A DNA stretch of 62,844 nucleotides, filler included, from Candidatus Ancaeobacter aquaticus (GCA_030765405.1; 5 parts of 5 records of this genome joined end to end with filler, not necessarily neighbours in it), one strand, 5' to 3'; positions 39,896 through 50,323 are shown, counted from the whole stretch's first letter. Notes: generated by a model from the letters alone, not told the origin. Numbers and translations are program-made.

Positions 39896-40270
39896 CTATG
39901 ATTTCCACAGTCCATGAACTGTGCAATGTTCACGCGCCGTTATATTCTGGGCGCATATTTCAAACTCTGCCTCAGGCGCATCTCCCGGAGCTAATATCTT
40001 TCTATATACTGCACCCTCAGCAATAACCTCAATCCATTCAATATAATGGTTTTCTTCCATAGGATGAGGAACTGAACCAACCTTCACTTTTATCCCCTTA
40101 TCTGTCTTTTCGACGATGGGAACATGTTTTTCGTTCCCCGCCTCCTGTGATTTTTCACTTAATTCCACCATTGGCTTACCGCAACATACGAGCTCACCGT
40201 CACCCGCATGAATTACTTCAACTATATTTCCGCATGCTTCACATTTGTATACCTGTAATAATGCTGTCAT
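39896..40270 (-). CDS. dfx: Desulfoferrodoxin (2Fe superoxide reductase)
   Basis: CEACG...VCCGKPM centre I; EKHVP, HPM, HYIEW and CTVHGLW centre II. Confidence 0.95.
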   Translation of the reverse strand: MTALLQVYKCEACGNIVEVIHAGDGELVCCGKPMVELSEKSQEAGNEKHVPIVEKTDKGIKVKVGSVPHPMEENHYIEWIEVIAEGAVYRKILAPGDAPEAEFEICAQNITAREHCTVHGLWKS

Positions 40271-40440
40271 TTCATTCCTCCTTGTTTTATATCCATAAAA
40301 TAAAGTATCAATAGTGTACTCTCTTATTAGATTTTTTTAAAGGGAATAATTCAAGCATTTTCACCGACGCGGGGGGATTGGATGGCCTGTGCGTAAAATT
40401 TTTCTCCGATGCGGGATACATTAGAATAGAAAAATACGGG

Positions 40441-42279
40441 TTAATCTTCATAGCGCTTTTCAAGCTTTTCATAGCGCCCGTTTACCATATCAAGCTCTTT
40501 ATATAAAATGTCTCTGGCTTGTCCATCAGTATGAATTGATATTGACAAATCAGCTATACGTTGACTATCACCGTTTTTAGAGGCAATGATAATGTCTTCA
40601 TGCTCCTGGAACAATTGGTGTTCAAGCAAAGAAATCTTTTTTTCTAATTCTTCTATCTTAACAACTAAAGGCCTGAGAGTCTGAGAACGTTCCTGCACAA
40701 AAGCGGCACGTTTTTGCTTGCTCTTTTTTCTCTCATGCGGATTTTCCGTTTTAGTGCTCGTATTCTTTAACATTCCCTTTTCGGTAGAACCTTCCTCATC
40801 CCATCCGATTTGACCGACAAACTCGTCATAGGTACCGGGAAAGAAAAAGAGATTCCCACTCTTAAACACAATGAGTTTTGTCGCAACGGTGCGTAAAAAA
40901 TACTCGTCGTGAGAAACAATAATTGCCGCTGAACTAAATTTATTGATTGCCGTGATGAGTGCATCAATCGAAGGGATATCAAGGTGATGGGTTGGTTCAT
41001 CAAGCAAAAGAAGATTAGAAGGTTTAACTAAAAGTTTTCCAAGAACAACACGGCTCCTTTCCCCTCCTGACAACATACTGACTTTCTTCTGTGCATCTTT
41101 ACCGGAAAACATCATTGCCCCGCATATCTGCATAACTTCTTTTTTAATTCTCGTAGGATGAGACGCTGTTATCTCTTCTTCTACTGTTCGCTCGTTCACA
41201 AGATCAGATATTGTATCCTGTTCAAAAAATCCTTTTTCAACAGCCGGATGATTTCTTATCTCACCTTCACAAAGACCAAGTTTTTCCGCGCATAATCTCA
41301 AAAAAGTTGTTTTACCTTTGCCATTTTTACCGACAACACATATCCTGTCATTTTTCTGCACTGAAAAACTAATATTGTTTATAAGATATGGTTTCTTGTT
41401 GTCATACGAAAATGCTGCCGACTTCATTTCCATAAGGCATTTTGCATGAAATGGCGCTTCGTTAAATGAAAACGACAATGTCTCTATATGTTTAAGCTTT
41501 CCTGAATCATGCATTTTTTCAACACGCTTTAATCGTGATTGCGCCATGCCAGCCTGACGAGCTTTTGCCCGAAACTTATCAACGAATTCCATCATATGTT
41601 TACGGTTTCTCTCATCATTGAGCCTCTTTTTCTCCTGCATTTCTTCATGCTGGGCAATGTGGCTATAATAGTCCTGAGTACGCCCCGCTACCTTTTTAGC
41701 CTCGGCACGATGTATGCCAACAATATGTGTCACCACCCGATCCATAAAACTCCTGTCATGGCTAATGATCATTATTTCATGCGGCCAACCATTTAAAAAT
41801 CGTTCAAGCCACCTGATAGAAACAATATCGAGATAATTGGTCGGTTCATCTAATAGAAGCAAACGGGGTTCTGATACAAGAACTTTAGCAAGATTAAGCC
41901 TCATCTTATACCCATCAGAAAACGAATCAGGAGAAGAGGTAAAATCACTTTCGGTAAAGCCAAGCCCTAAAAGTATTTTTTCCACTTTCCAAGTATCGTC
42001 AGTGTTTTCCTGAGGAAGTCCCTGACAGCCTTCTTCAAGAACAGTATCTTTCGTAAACTCGATATGTTGGGATAGGTACCCAATAGAATAATCTTTAGGA
42101 ATGCTAATAGTGCCGGTATCGTGGGTTTCCTGACCGGCAAGTATGCGAAAAAGCGTTGTCTTCCCATGTCCATTTCTACCGACAATCCCTACGCGTTCAT
42201 TGTCATGAACAGAAAAGGTAACATCTTTTAATAGTGTTCGACTGCTATACGTTTTAGAGATATTCTGGATAGAAATCAT
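40441..42279 (-). CDS. ABC-F family ATPase
   Basis: Two ABC cassettes (GRNGHGKT, GKNGKGKT, LLLDEPT twice), no TM segments. Confidence 0.92.
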   Translation of the reverse strand: MISIQNISKTYSSRTLLKDVTFSVHDNERVGIVGRNGHGKTTLFRILAGQETHDTGTISIPKDYSIGYLSQHIEFTKDTVLEEGCQGLPQENTDDTWKVEKILLGLGFTESDFTSSPDSFSDGYKMRLNLAKVLVSEPRLLLLDEPTNYLDIVSIRWLERFLNGWPHEIMIISHDRSFMDRVVTHIVGIHRAEAKKVAGRTQDYYSHIAQHEEMQEKKRLNDERNRKHMMEFVDKFRAKARQAGMAQSRLKRVEKMHDSGKLKHIETLSFSFNEAPFHAKCLMEMKSAAFSYDNKKPYLINNISFSVQKNDRICVVGKNGKGKTTFLRLCAEKLGLCEGEIRNHPAVEKGFFEQDTISDLVNERTVEEEITASHPTRIKKEVMQICGAMMFSGKDAQKKVSMLSGGERSRVVLGKLLVKPSNLLLLDEPTHHLDIPSIDALITAINKFSSAAIIVSHDEYFLRTVATKLIVFKSGNLFFFPGTYDEFVGQIGWDEEGSTEKGMLKNTSTKTENPHERKKSKQKRAAFVQERSQTLRPLVVKIEELEKKISLLEHQLFQEHEDIIIASKNGDSQRIADLSISIHTDGQARDILYKELDMVNGRYEKLEKRYED

Positions 42280-42308
42280 AAAGGAATGTCCCTTTTCTAG
42301 GATTTTAT

Positions 42309-43616
42309 TTACTTCTCGGTTACACTCAAATCAGTTGGCGCTCTGCCTAATGAGCCAAGCAAGCCTATTGTTTCATCGATCTGCTTCTGTATCTCTTCGC
42401 CCCTATATGCACGATTCGGATAGATATCATATTGTTTTCTGAGTGATATTGGTGTTACATTAAGCATGACCGAATTTGCACCGGAAAGTAACCCTTTTTT
42501 CCTTGCCTCAACGCTTAATGTCTCAAACGCTGTTGTTACAAGAATCTTTGCTTCTTCAGGGTCAACAAGACGTGCAGCCGCAAGTACTTTGAGCATGGTT
42601 TCTTCTTCTATAGGCTTCTCATCTTTAAGCGATGTGTCAGGATGTGGAATGAATGGGCCATAACTATACATCTCGGCATGAAGTTCTTTCGTGAAATAAA
42701 TATCTTCCACAATATCTTCTATGGTCTGCCCGGGAAGACCAACAAGCCCTCCTGTTATGATCAAATATCCCATTTCATATGCCCGTTTGATATGCTCTAT
42801 ACGCGTATCCAAACTTTTGCCCGGATGTATTTTTGTATAAAGATCAGGATTTGACGTTTCAAAACGCATAAGAAGTCCACGGGCACCTGCATTAAAGAGT
42901 TTTTGCAATCCGTCAATTCCTACTTCTCCAAAACTGATAAAAATAAGTGCCGGAGCTTTTTCTTTGATTGTTCTTATGACATATGCAAGCTCATCAATAG
43001 TATAACCCGCATCTTCACCGCTTTGGAGAACTAATGCCTTAAACCCATAATTTTCAATTGCGTTATATGCCGCGTCAACTATTTCATCCGGTGTCATCTT
43101 GTAACGCTTAAGAGACTTATTCTCTAAGGAAATACCGCAATAGGTACAATGGCACGAACAATAATTAGATATCTCAAGGATGCCATGCACACAACATGAA
43201 TTCTTTAAGTATTTCTGTCTCAAAAAATTCGCTGTTTTGAAAAACAATTCATTCTCTGACGAAGATTCAGAGGCGAGTACATATAAAAGATCTTCTTTCT
43301 TTGGCGGCAACCCTTCTGCAGCTCTATCAAGTATCTGGCTTCTTTTCTTATCAATCCCTGATTTTTCCAAATCTATTCTTGATAAGCGAACATCAACTTC
43401 CTGAAGCTCAAAGAAAGTCTCTTTCCATACCGCGAGAATCTCTTCAGCATCCTGCCGGGCAAGTTTTTTTATAACATACCCACCTTGAGCATAGATATAA
43501 TCACCTATCTTCAAATCGTCAAATTCGTTATGAGCTTTACGTTCTTCGCCAAAATAATCAACAATGGCCATCTTGCCGCACAGTTCTTTAACTTTTCCAG
43601 GTATTGCGTAGCACAT
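42309..43616 (-). CDS. HypC-domain::HydE/BioB-like radical SAM fusion
   Basis: GGAG RBS then MCYAIPGKV...LKIGDYIY HypC-like domain; CSCHCTYC radical SAM motif; LMRFETSN, GLPGQT, GPFIPHPDT, GANSVMLNVTP and YDIY HydE-like motifs. Confidence 0.8.
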   Translation of the reverse strand: MCYAIPGKVKELCGKMAIVDYFGEERKAHNEFDDLKIGDYIYAQGGYVIKKLARQDAEEILAVWKETFFELQEVDVRLSRIDLEKSGIDKKRSQILDRAAEGLPPKKEDLLYVLASESSSENELFFKTANFLRQKYLKNSCCVHGILEISNYCSCHCTYCGISLENKSLKRYKMTPDEIVDAAYNAIENYGFKALVLQSGEDAGYTIDELAYVIRTIKEKAPALIFISFGEVGIDGLQKLFNAGARGLLMRFETSNPDLYTKIHPGKSLDTRIEHIKRAYEMGYLIITGGLVGLPGQTIEDIVEDIYFTKELHAEMYSYGPFIPHPDTSLKDEKPIEEETMLKVLAAARLVDPEEAKILVTTAFETLSVEARKKGLLSGANSVMLNVTPISLRKQYDIYPNRAYRGEEIQKQIDETIGLLGSLGRAPTDLSVTEK

Positions 43617-43752
43617 ATTTGCTCCATATATAGCGTTTAGCGGATAGTTTAAACTATTTTTATTTAAATTCACCGCTCTTCGCGCTATTGCTTAAAGTTT
43701 TAGTTTTAATTGTTTTTCTATACGCTAAGCGCTAAACGCTATACGCTATCAT

Positions 43753-43995
43753 TCATTCGCAGTCGAATGATACGAGACGCAGTTCACGTGTTGGACTTTT
43801 CTCTATAATGAGTTCAGCACCAAGAATAATTGTCCCTTTACTATGCTCATAAAAGAAAAAACGTAATATATCCTCATTTATTTCGGTAAACTCACCCATC
43901 CTCACATATATCTTTGTCACTTTTTTAGCATCATTTTGTGAAGCAAGTTTTACCACGTCAGCAAACAAATCTTTTACCAGATGCATCTCATGCAT
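43753..43995 (-). CDS. hypA: Short HypA-like nickel metallochaperone
   Basis: MHE Ni motif, GAELII strand, L...S...E end; 80 aa with no CxxC pairs. Confidence 0.8.
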   Translation of the reverse strand: MHEMHLVKDLFADVVKLASQNDAKKVTKIYVRMGEFTEINEDILRFFFYEHSKGTIILGAELIIEKSPTRELRLVSFDCE

Positions 43996-43999
43996 ATCT

Positions 44000-44482
44000 T
44001 TACTCCTTCTGTCTGTCCATTATTACTCGTACTATTTCATCTCCTGCACGTTTCACAGGATCAGTTATTGTTTCACCAAGTGCAATATTCTGAATCTGCA
44101 CCCCAATAAACGTTGTTTTCGCTTTTGTTTCACTTTCAATAAGCTTTGCAATAACGTTCAGCGGTATTGAATGCGTGCTCATAGTCACATTAGGAATTGC
44201 CTCTTCAGGGATAACTCTTACTTCACCTGGCTCTCCGCCGAAATTTGCCGCATCAATAAATATAAGTGAATCCGGTCTTAGAGATACAGCCTCATCAATA
44301 ATATTTTCGGGAGTATGCCCCGCATCAATAACACGAATACGTTCATTATTAGATAAAAAAGAAGCGATGTATGGGCCGACCCCATCATCGCTTCTAAAAG
44401 TATTACCTGCGGTAATATATACAGCGTTAGCTGTCTGGGGAATTAAACCCTCAATGACCTTATCGGTTAACAAACTTGACAT
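44000..44482 (-). CDS. Hydrogenase maturation protease (HycI-like)
   Basis: GNTFRSDDGVGP, DAGHTPEN, IDAA, STHSIPL; start uncertain (ATG 44482 vs track start 44518). Confidence 0.88.
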   Translation of the reverse strand: MSSLLTDKVIEGLIPQTANAVYITAGNTFRSDDGVGPYIASFLSNNERIRVIDAGHTPENIIDEAVSLRPDSLIFIDAANFGGEPGEVRVIPEEAIPNVTMSTHSIPLNVIAKLIESETKAKTTFIGVQIQNIALGETITDPVKRAGDEIVRVIMDRQKE

Positions 44483-45785
44483 CGAGAAAATGCGCTGAAC
44501 ATGAAATACACGGATCATATGCCCGCACCAACATTTCCATGTGTAATGTTATCTCTTCATCACTCTTATCAAGGATTTCCGGTACCAGCTTTTTCATGTC
44601 ATGCTCTATATTATTACAGTTCTGGCCTGTCGGAATAATGCAGTTTGCATTTATTATTTTACCTTTATCATCAACCTCATACTCATGGAAAAGAATACCG
44701 CGTGGAACTTCTACCGCCCCAACTCCATTACCCGCTTTTACCGGAATTGTTCCTTTTTCATTAAGGCCGACAATCACCACTTCATCCTGATTTACTCCTT
44801 TTGCCTTGAACTCTTCAAGTATGACAATACTGTCTTCAAGAGAGTGCACACACTCAATGAGCTGCGCGGCTGTATTCAAGAAAGGGTTGGTCACTTTTTT
44901 GTTCATACCAAGCGCGTCTGCAATCGCCTTTGCCTTTGGATGTAATTTATTATAGTTCATATTTACGCGAGCAAGCGCTCCGACCATATATGAATCACGG
45001 CTTGCCTTTGCATGCTTTGCCGATGAATGCGGCACGATGAATTCGTTTGTTACTTTTTTATAATCCTTTTTGTTTAATCTGAGCCCGTCAGTAGAACCGA
45101 TATCACCTTCTAGCATCGGATATCCGTCTGTATCGTTCACCAATGCGACATATTCGGTATCTCTTTCAAACTGCGGAAACTGTAACGTTTGTGCAAGCTC
45201 TATGGTTGGAACCATGTCCGCCTGAAGCTGTTTTAACATATCAAGCATTGTATCAAGATCTTTTTCTTTCGGAAGCTTAGTGAAACCACCGACAATAGCT
45301 GATATCGGATGAACGTGACGGCCAACAAGAACGTCACATACATTGTTACATACTTTTTTCATTCTCAGTGCGCGCCTTACAACATCATTATGAGTATCAA
45401 TAAGCGGCACAAAACTCTTTACTCCTAACAAATCGGGTGCAACCAAGAGATAGATATGCAAGATGTGGCTATCAAGATTTTCCATGTGCAGCAAAAATTC
45501 ACGTAATCTCTGTGTTTGTGCAGACGGTGTAAAACCTATCGCATCTTCAGCCGCTTGAATAGAAGCAAGCGTATGTCCGCATGCGCAAATACCGCATATA
45601 CGGCTCGTGATATGCTGCGCTTCAAAAATCGATCTTCCTCTTAACATACCCTCAAAGAAACGCGGTGATTCAACAATATCAAGTCGGCATTCTTCAAGTT
45701 TACCGTCATTTACATTTACCACTATATTCCCATGTCCTTCAACACGAGTAAGGTATTCAACATTTACTTTAACATTTTTACCCAT
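44460..45785 (-). CDS. hydA: [NiFe]-hydrogenase large subunit, group 3b type
   Basis: TRVEGHG, SRICGIC (L1), RAYDPCISCSAH (L2) with a cleavable C-terminal tail. Confidence 0.92.
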   Translation of the reverse strand: MGKNVKVNVEYLTRVEGHGNIVVNVNDGKLEECRLDIVESPRFFEGMLRGRSIFEAQHITSRICGICACGHTLASIQAAEDAIGFTPSAQTQRLREFLLHMENLDSHILHIYLLVAPDLLGVKSFVPLIDTHNDVVRRALRMKKVCNNVCDVLVGRHVHPISAIVGGFTKLPKEKDLDTMLDMLKQLQADMVPTIELAQTLQFPQFERDTEYVALVNDTDGYPMLEGDIGSTDGLRLNKKDYKKVTNEFIVPHSSAKHAKASRDSYMVGALARVNMNYNKLHPKAKAIADALGMNKKVTNPFLNTAAQLIECVHSLEDSIVILEEFKAKGVNQDEVVIVGLNEKGTIPVKAGNGVGAVEVPRGILFHEYEVDDKGKIINANCIIPTGQNCNNIEHDMKKLVPEILDKSDEEITLHMEMLVRAYDPCISCSAHFLDVKFVNR

Positions 45786-46533
45786 GTGTTTCTGTCTCCT
45801 CTAATTCTCTCGGCTTATTATACATATTCATCTTGTTCTCGATCCAATCCATCGGGATATTATATTTCTCAAGAATATCTTTCGCGCCATTTTCAGCAGG
45901 ATTTGATACCATTCCACGGCATCCGTAACAGATATTACCGTTATTAATGCACCATGAATTACATCCTGCACGTGTTATCGGGCCTAAACAAGTTACGCCC
46001 CGTTCATACATACATACATTCTCATTTAGTTTACATTCTACGCATACCGCATTATCAGATACTTTATAGGGAATACCTGCTAAAGCTGCTTTTAGTACTT
46101 CAACAAACTCCGGCAAATAAACCGGACATCCCGGTACCGTATAATCAACAGGAACAACCTGATGCACAGCATGTGTCGGTATGGTATCAAAATATTTTGC
46201 GTCTTTTTGATATACGTACTCACGTATATCATTTAAGTCAAAATTATTCTTCATTCCGTTAATACCGCCGATTGCCGCACATGAACCGTATGCGATCACT
46301 ACTTTAGCTTGTGCGCGAATCTTCTTAATACGTTCAACACCATGCGGTGTTGTTATGCTTCCTTCAACAATCGCAACATCATAATCGTCTGAACGCTCTG
46401 ACATGACTTCACGGAAGTTCACAACTTCAATAAGATCAAGCACATCAAGAAGCGCCTCACCCATATTTGCCACTTGTAACTGGCATCCTTCACAACAGGT
46501 AAAATCAAAAAATGCAACTTTTACTTTATTCAT
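45778..46533 (-). CDS. hydD: [NiFe]-hydrogenase small (delta) subunit
   Basis: CCEGCQ, VEGSI, GSCA, PGCP, CLGPITRAGC. Confidence 0.9.
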   Translation of the reverse strand: MNKVKVAFFDFTCCEGCQLQVANMGEALLDVLDLIEVVNFREVMSERSDDYDVAIVEGSITTPHGVERIKKIRAQAKVVIAYGSCAAIGGINGMKNNFDLNDIREYVYQKDAKYFDTIPTHAVHQVVPVDYTVPGCPVYLPEFVEVLKAALAGIPYKVSDNAVCVECKLNENVCMYERGVTCLGPITRAGCNSWCINNGNICYGCRGMVSNPAENGAKDILEKYNIPMDWIENKMNMYNKPRELEETETHG

Positions 46534-47369
46534 TATAATGCCTCGTGTTTTCCTTTTACATCTTCATAGGTAAATACCGGTCCATCCTGACAACAATACA
46601 AATTATCGATCTGACAATGACCGCATTTGCCTACACCACACTTCATGTGCCGTTCAAGCGATACGATTATCTGCCTTTCCGGTATATTCTTTTTCAATAG
46701 TTCTGCGATAACAAATTTATACATAATCGGAGGACCGCATACAACACCAAATGTACGATCAGAATCAAGGGTAACCCCCGGAATAAGATTTGTAATAAGG
46801 CCGACATTTCCCTTCCAATCAGGATCACTTCTATCTACGGTACAGTTAAAGTTAACGTCAAGCCTCTTTTCCCACTCGGCTACTTCATCGCCAAAGAGCA
46901 TATCTTCCGGAGTCTTACAGCCAAGTAGAATATTGATCTTACCGAAATCTCTTCTATTAAATATCACATAATTAATAAGTGACCTTAGGGGAACGATACC
47001 CAACCCACCAGCAACAAAAAGAAGATCATTTCCCTCAAGTATCTGCACAGGAAAACCTGTGCCGAAAGGTCCTCTGATACCGACAACATCACCGGCATTC
47101 AGCTTATGAAGCGACGCGGTCAGTGTTCCTGCTTCACGTACAACAAGCTCAAATGAACCTTTTTTTGTCGGAGATGATGAAATAGAAATTGGCGCTTCGC
47201 CAATTCCCGGAATCGATACCATGACAAACTGCCCGGGTTCATGACTGAGGTCTTTACCGTTAGGTAGTATAATCTCAAAATACTTCTCGAGCTTTGTCAT
47301 CTGTTTCGCGTTTAAAATCTTTCCCGTCATTACATTATACGGGGAATCAACAAGTGTTTGCTGTTTCAT
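46533..47369 (-). CDS. hydG: FAD/NAD(P)-binding gamma subunit with [2Fe-2S]
   Basis: PGQFVM, RGPFG, AGGLG, CGPP, MKCGVGKCGHC. Confidence 0.88.
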   Translation of the reverse strand: MKQQTLVDSPYNVMTGKILNAKQMTKLEKYFEIILPNGKDLSHEPGQFVMVSIPGIGEAPISISSSPTKKGSFELVVREAGTLTASLHKLNAGDVVGIRGPFGTGFPVQILEGNDLLFVAGGLGIVPLRSLINYVIFNRRDFGKINILLGCKTPEDMLFGDEVAEWEKRLDVNFNCTVDRSDPDWKGNVGLITNLIPGVTLDSDRTFGVVCGPPIMYKFVIAELLKKNIPERQIIVSLERHMKCGVGKCGHCQIDNLYCCQDGPVFTYEDVKGKHEAL

Positions 47370-48400
47370 TTGTTTTCCTCTGCCAATGCATTAATAGTAT
47401 CTTTTAAGTTTATCTGCGCCATACAGGCCCTTGTACATCTACCACATCCGGTACAAAAATAACGACTGTAGCGTTTTACCGGATAATTGAACTTTCTCAT
47501 ATACCGGTGCCGCTGCCGCGCTCCACGTGGTTCACGAAAACTCTCGCCACCAGCAATCTTTGCAAAATCTTCATTCTGGCATGAATCCCAATTTCTGGTC
47601 TGCACACCGGTATTCAGATCAAGATTCGTCTCAAACCGTACATCAAAACAGTAACAGGTAGGACACACGTTTGTACAGTTACCGCATGAAACACATTTTT
47701 TTCCCAGCTCTTCCCATACCTTGCTATCGTATGCCTTCTCAAAAAGCGGAAACAGACCCTTATGGCTTGTCGTTACTTCATTTTTGAATATGCTTCGTTT
47801 CTTGCTGCGCAATTCTTCAAGCTCTTTCATATCAGATGCGTCCGCATCAGTAAAAACCGCGGTATCTTCAACCATCTTTTCACCAAGCATCGTATTGACA
47901 TGAACAAGAAACCTGTCTGAAAATTCAGTAAAAAAGAGATCATATCCGCCATTTGGTAGATGATTGTCCATAACGCCGCATGTTGCGTGCTCATCACAAT
48001 ACTTATTACATTCTAAACCGATAATCGCGATCTTATCTTTACGTGCAACATAGTTCGCATCAACCGGTTTTGCGGTGAAAACCATGTTGAGACACTGTAT
48101 GCCTGCCAAATCGCATGTATGAACACCAAATATTGTAATTTTTTCGTATTCTACGACAGGGTTGAAGCTTTGCTCTCTCTTATTGTACTCAAGCAACTTT
48201 TCTGTCTGCGGCATGAAATATTTCTTTGGCGGTAAAATTGTCGGTATATAGTCTATTGAAACCTCTTTACCGGTCTGAACATCTTCAAACGCAAAATTAT
48301 CATACCCTTTTGCTACTGGAGCTACTACCTTCTGATCTTTCGCAAGCTTTGCGATAAAATCATCAAAATGAGCCTTCTTAAGAATTACATATTTTTCCAT
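47366..48400 (-). CDS. hydB: 4Fe-4S beta subunit (AsrA/HydB-like)
   Basis: CVSCGNCTNVCPTCYC, CTGCGRCTRAC. Confidence 0.88.
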   Translation of the reverse strand: MEKYVILKKAHFDDFIAKLAKDQKVVAPVAKGYDNFAFEDVQTGKEVSIDYIPTILPPKKYFMPQTEKLLEYNKREQSFNPVVEYEKITIFGVHTCDLAGIQCLNMVFTAKPVDANYVARKDKIAIIGLECNKYCDEHATCGVMDNHLPNGGYDLFFTEFSDRFLVHVNTMLGEKMVEDTAVFTDADASDMKELEELRSKKRSIFKNEVTTSHKGLFPLFEKAYDSKVWEELGKKCVSCGNCTNVCPTCYCFDVRFETNLDLNTGVQTRNWDSCQNEDFAKIAGGESFREPRGARQRHRYMRKFNYPVKRYSRYFCTGCGRCTRACMAQINLKDTINALAEENK

Positions 48401-48529
48401 AATTTCTTTCTCTCTTTACGGGTTTCATTCGTACCATTTTTCACAATGTATTTAATAAAATACCAAAATTAGAGTGTATGTCAAATGAATTTTCAATAAA
48501 ATTACATTATTTGCATTATTTCTCATATT

Positions 48530-48733
48530 TCAATAGAAATGGGTCCCAGAGATGCCATATGTGTATATATTTAAGCCGAGATACCTACATGTTTCTTTTG
48601 ACTCAGGCACACTGAAACGCATATGTGCGTTACGATCACTAACCACAGATCCATTTTTCTTCCCATCTTCTGCACTAAAGGCTGAAGCAAATAATACCCA
48701 CACTACCAGTATACTTGATACAACCGTTCTAAT
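48530..48733 (-). pseudogene. Truncated secreted-protein remnant, possibly TlpA-like thioredoxin N-terminus
   Basis: AAGGAG RBS followed by ATT (not ATG), a signal peptide and FSVPESKETCRYLGL, stopping after 67 codons. Confidence 0.35.
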
Positions 48734-48751
48734 GTAACTCTCCTTAATAGT

Positions 48752-50323
48752 TTAGATGTAACAATAAGGATCTCGTTCCCTAAAAATGTTACCGCCATAT
48801 CCGCTCGTTATTGCAAGGCACCCGCCGCATACATGTCTCAGAGCACATCCATCACATGCCGAAGATCCCCTGCGATATTTCCGGGCACGTTTTGAATCAT
48901 AAATAAGACTCAACCTCCGTTTCAGAATATTGCCTACCGGTGAAGGGAATTTTCTGCACGCGTGCACCTCACCGTCAGGTAATACCGTAAGGAAATTAAA
49001 TGCTGCTCCACACCCGTACCCCGTACAACCATCAGATACTGCATCACCATTTTTATATAGTTCAATGTTAATCAGATTATCCTTAAAACCGATTATCGGA
49101 TTTTTTTCCGATGCCTTGATATAGTCTTTTAAAAATTGTTTATACTGCTGGAGAGATGGTAGCTTAAGCTGGGAACCTTCACCCACAGGTGACAGGCGAT
49201 TAAAGGTAAAATAATCTGTTTTTCCTCTCAAAAATTCTGCAAGCGGCAACACCTGATCAATATTATCTTCTGTCAGAGTCAACATAATCGCTGAAGATAC
49301 ATTTTTTTTGCGGAGTACCCGTAAAAATCTGATCACCCGTTTAAAATTATCAATACCTCGTACAGTATCATTATGACTTTGCATGCCTTCTAAGCTTGTC
49401 TGATAATATGTCGGTCTCTGGATCTTTAATATCTTTTCGAGCTCTTTTGACGAGACAGGATTGCCCAGTACTGATACAGAAAAATCTCTTTGTTCGGCTT
49501 TCTTGTACAGATCATAAAAATGACGAGATAAAAAGGGATTGCCACCAGAAAAACAGATATGTCCATCTACGTGCTTATTCCTGCAAAAAGAACTCATATC
49601 ATCAAGTATCTTTACCCCCTGCTTCAGAGTTAACGGAGATCTTTTTGTGCGATCATAACAATGTTTACAATGCAAATCGCAGAGATTGGTGACATGCCAT
49701 TGCAACGTAAAGGTGTCCGCAATACACTTTTCATCTGAGATTTCTAACTCGTGACTAAATAAGCTCATATCACGAATCAATTTTGATCTGGCAGAAATTA
49801 AGAGTCCTTTCGTTACTGCGCGATAAAACATCTGATCAATAACGGCAAGCGAAACATTTCCTGTACGAGCAACAACTTCGGGATCTATTTTATCAAGTAC
49901 CATTTTAAGTGCCAGCAACTCATCTTGCGATGCAGCTTTGGTATGCAAGCGGCCATCACTCGTCTTCCATACTAAGATCCATTCATCGCCTTTTCTCGGC
50001 TGTATATTTTTGTGTGGTCTCTTCTTTACGAATGACAAAAGTTTCCATGCCGAGTGTACAATTTCTAATGTTGGATTTATTTCGTAGCCGTGCGCGTCTA
50101 GATGGATTCTTTTGGTATCTGCCTTAACAACAGATATACAATATTCGAAACGAGCTAGATCACTCAAGTGTTCCGGCAGGTGGTTTTTCTTCACATACTG
50201 CAGAAGTTTTTTTAAAAATTGTGCCGGGGATTTATTGTTATTATTGCATGTTACCTCATTCCAAACGTGAGGACCTATATATCGTTTAGTAAACCCATAG
50301 ATGTGGGCATTCGATTTTTTCAT
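48752..50323 (-). CDS. Radical SAM/SPASM peptide maturase, SbtM (selenobiotic family)-like
   Basis: CDLHCKHC, SGGNP, SPASM CTGYGCGAA...ACRKF...CDGC...CGGC, long N-terminal extension ending SKLIRD; ATG 50323 avoids overlap with the upstream gene. Confidence 0.75.
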   Translation of the reverse strand: MKKSNAHIYGFTKRYIGPHVWNEVTCNNNNKSPAQFLKKLLQYVKKNHLPEHLSDLARFEYCISVVKADTKRIHLDAHGYEINPTLEIVHSAWKLLSFVKKRPHKNIQPRKGDEWILVWKTSDGRLHTKAASQDELLALKMVLDKIDPEVVARTGNVSLAVIDQMFYRAVTKGLLISARSKLIRDMSLFSHELEISDEKCIADTFTLQWHVTNLCDLHCKHCYDRTKRSPLTLKQGVKILDDMSSFCRNKHVDGHICFSGGNPFLSRHFYDLYKKAEQRDFSVSVLGNPVSSKELEKILKIQRPTYYQTSLEGMQSHNDTVRGIDNFKRVIRFLRVLRKKNVSSAIMLTLTEDNIDQVLPLAEFLRGKTDYFTFNRLSPVGEGSQLKLPSLQQYKQFLKDYIKASEKNPIIGFKDNLINIELYKNGDAVSDGCTGYGCGAAFNFLTVLPDGEVHACRKFPSPVGNILKRRLSLIYDSKRARKYRRGSSACDGCALRHVCGGCLAITSGYGGNIFRERDPYCYI

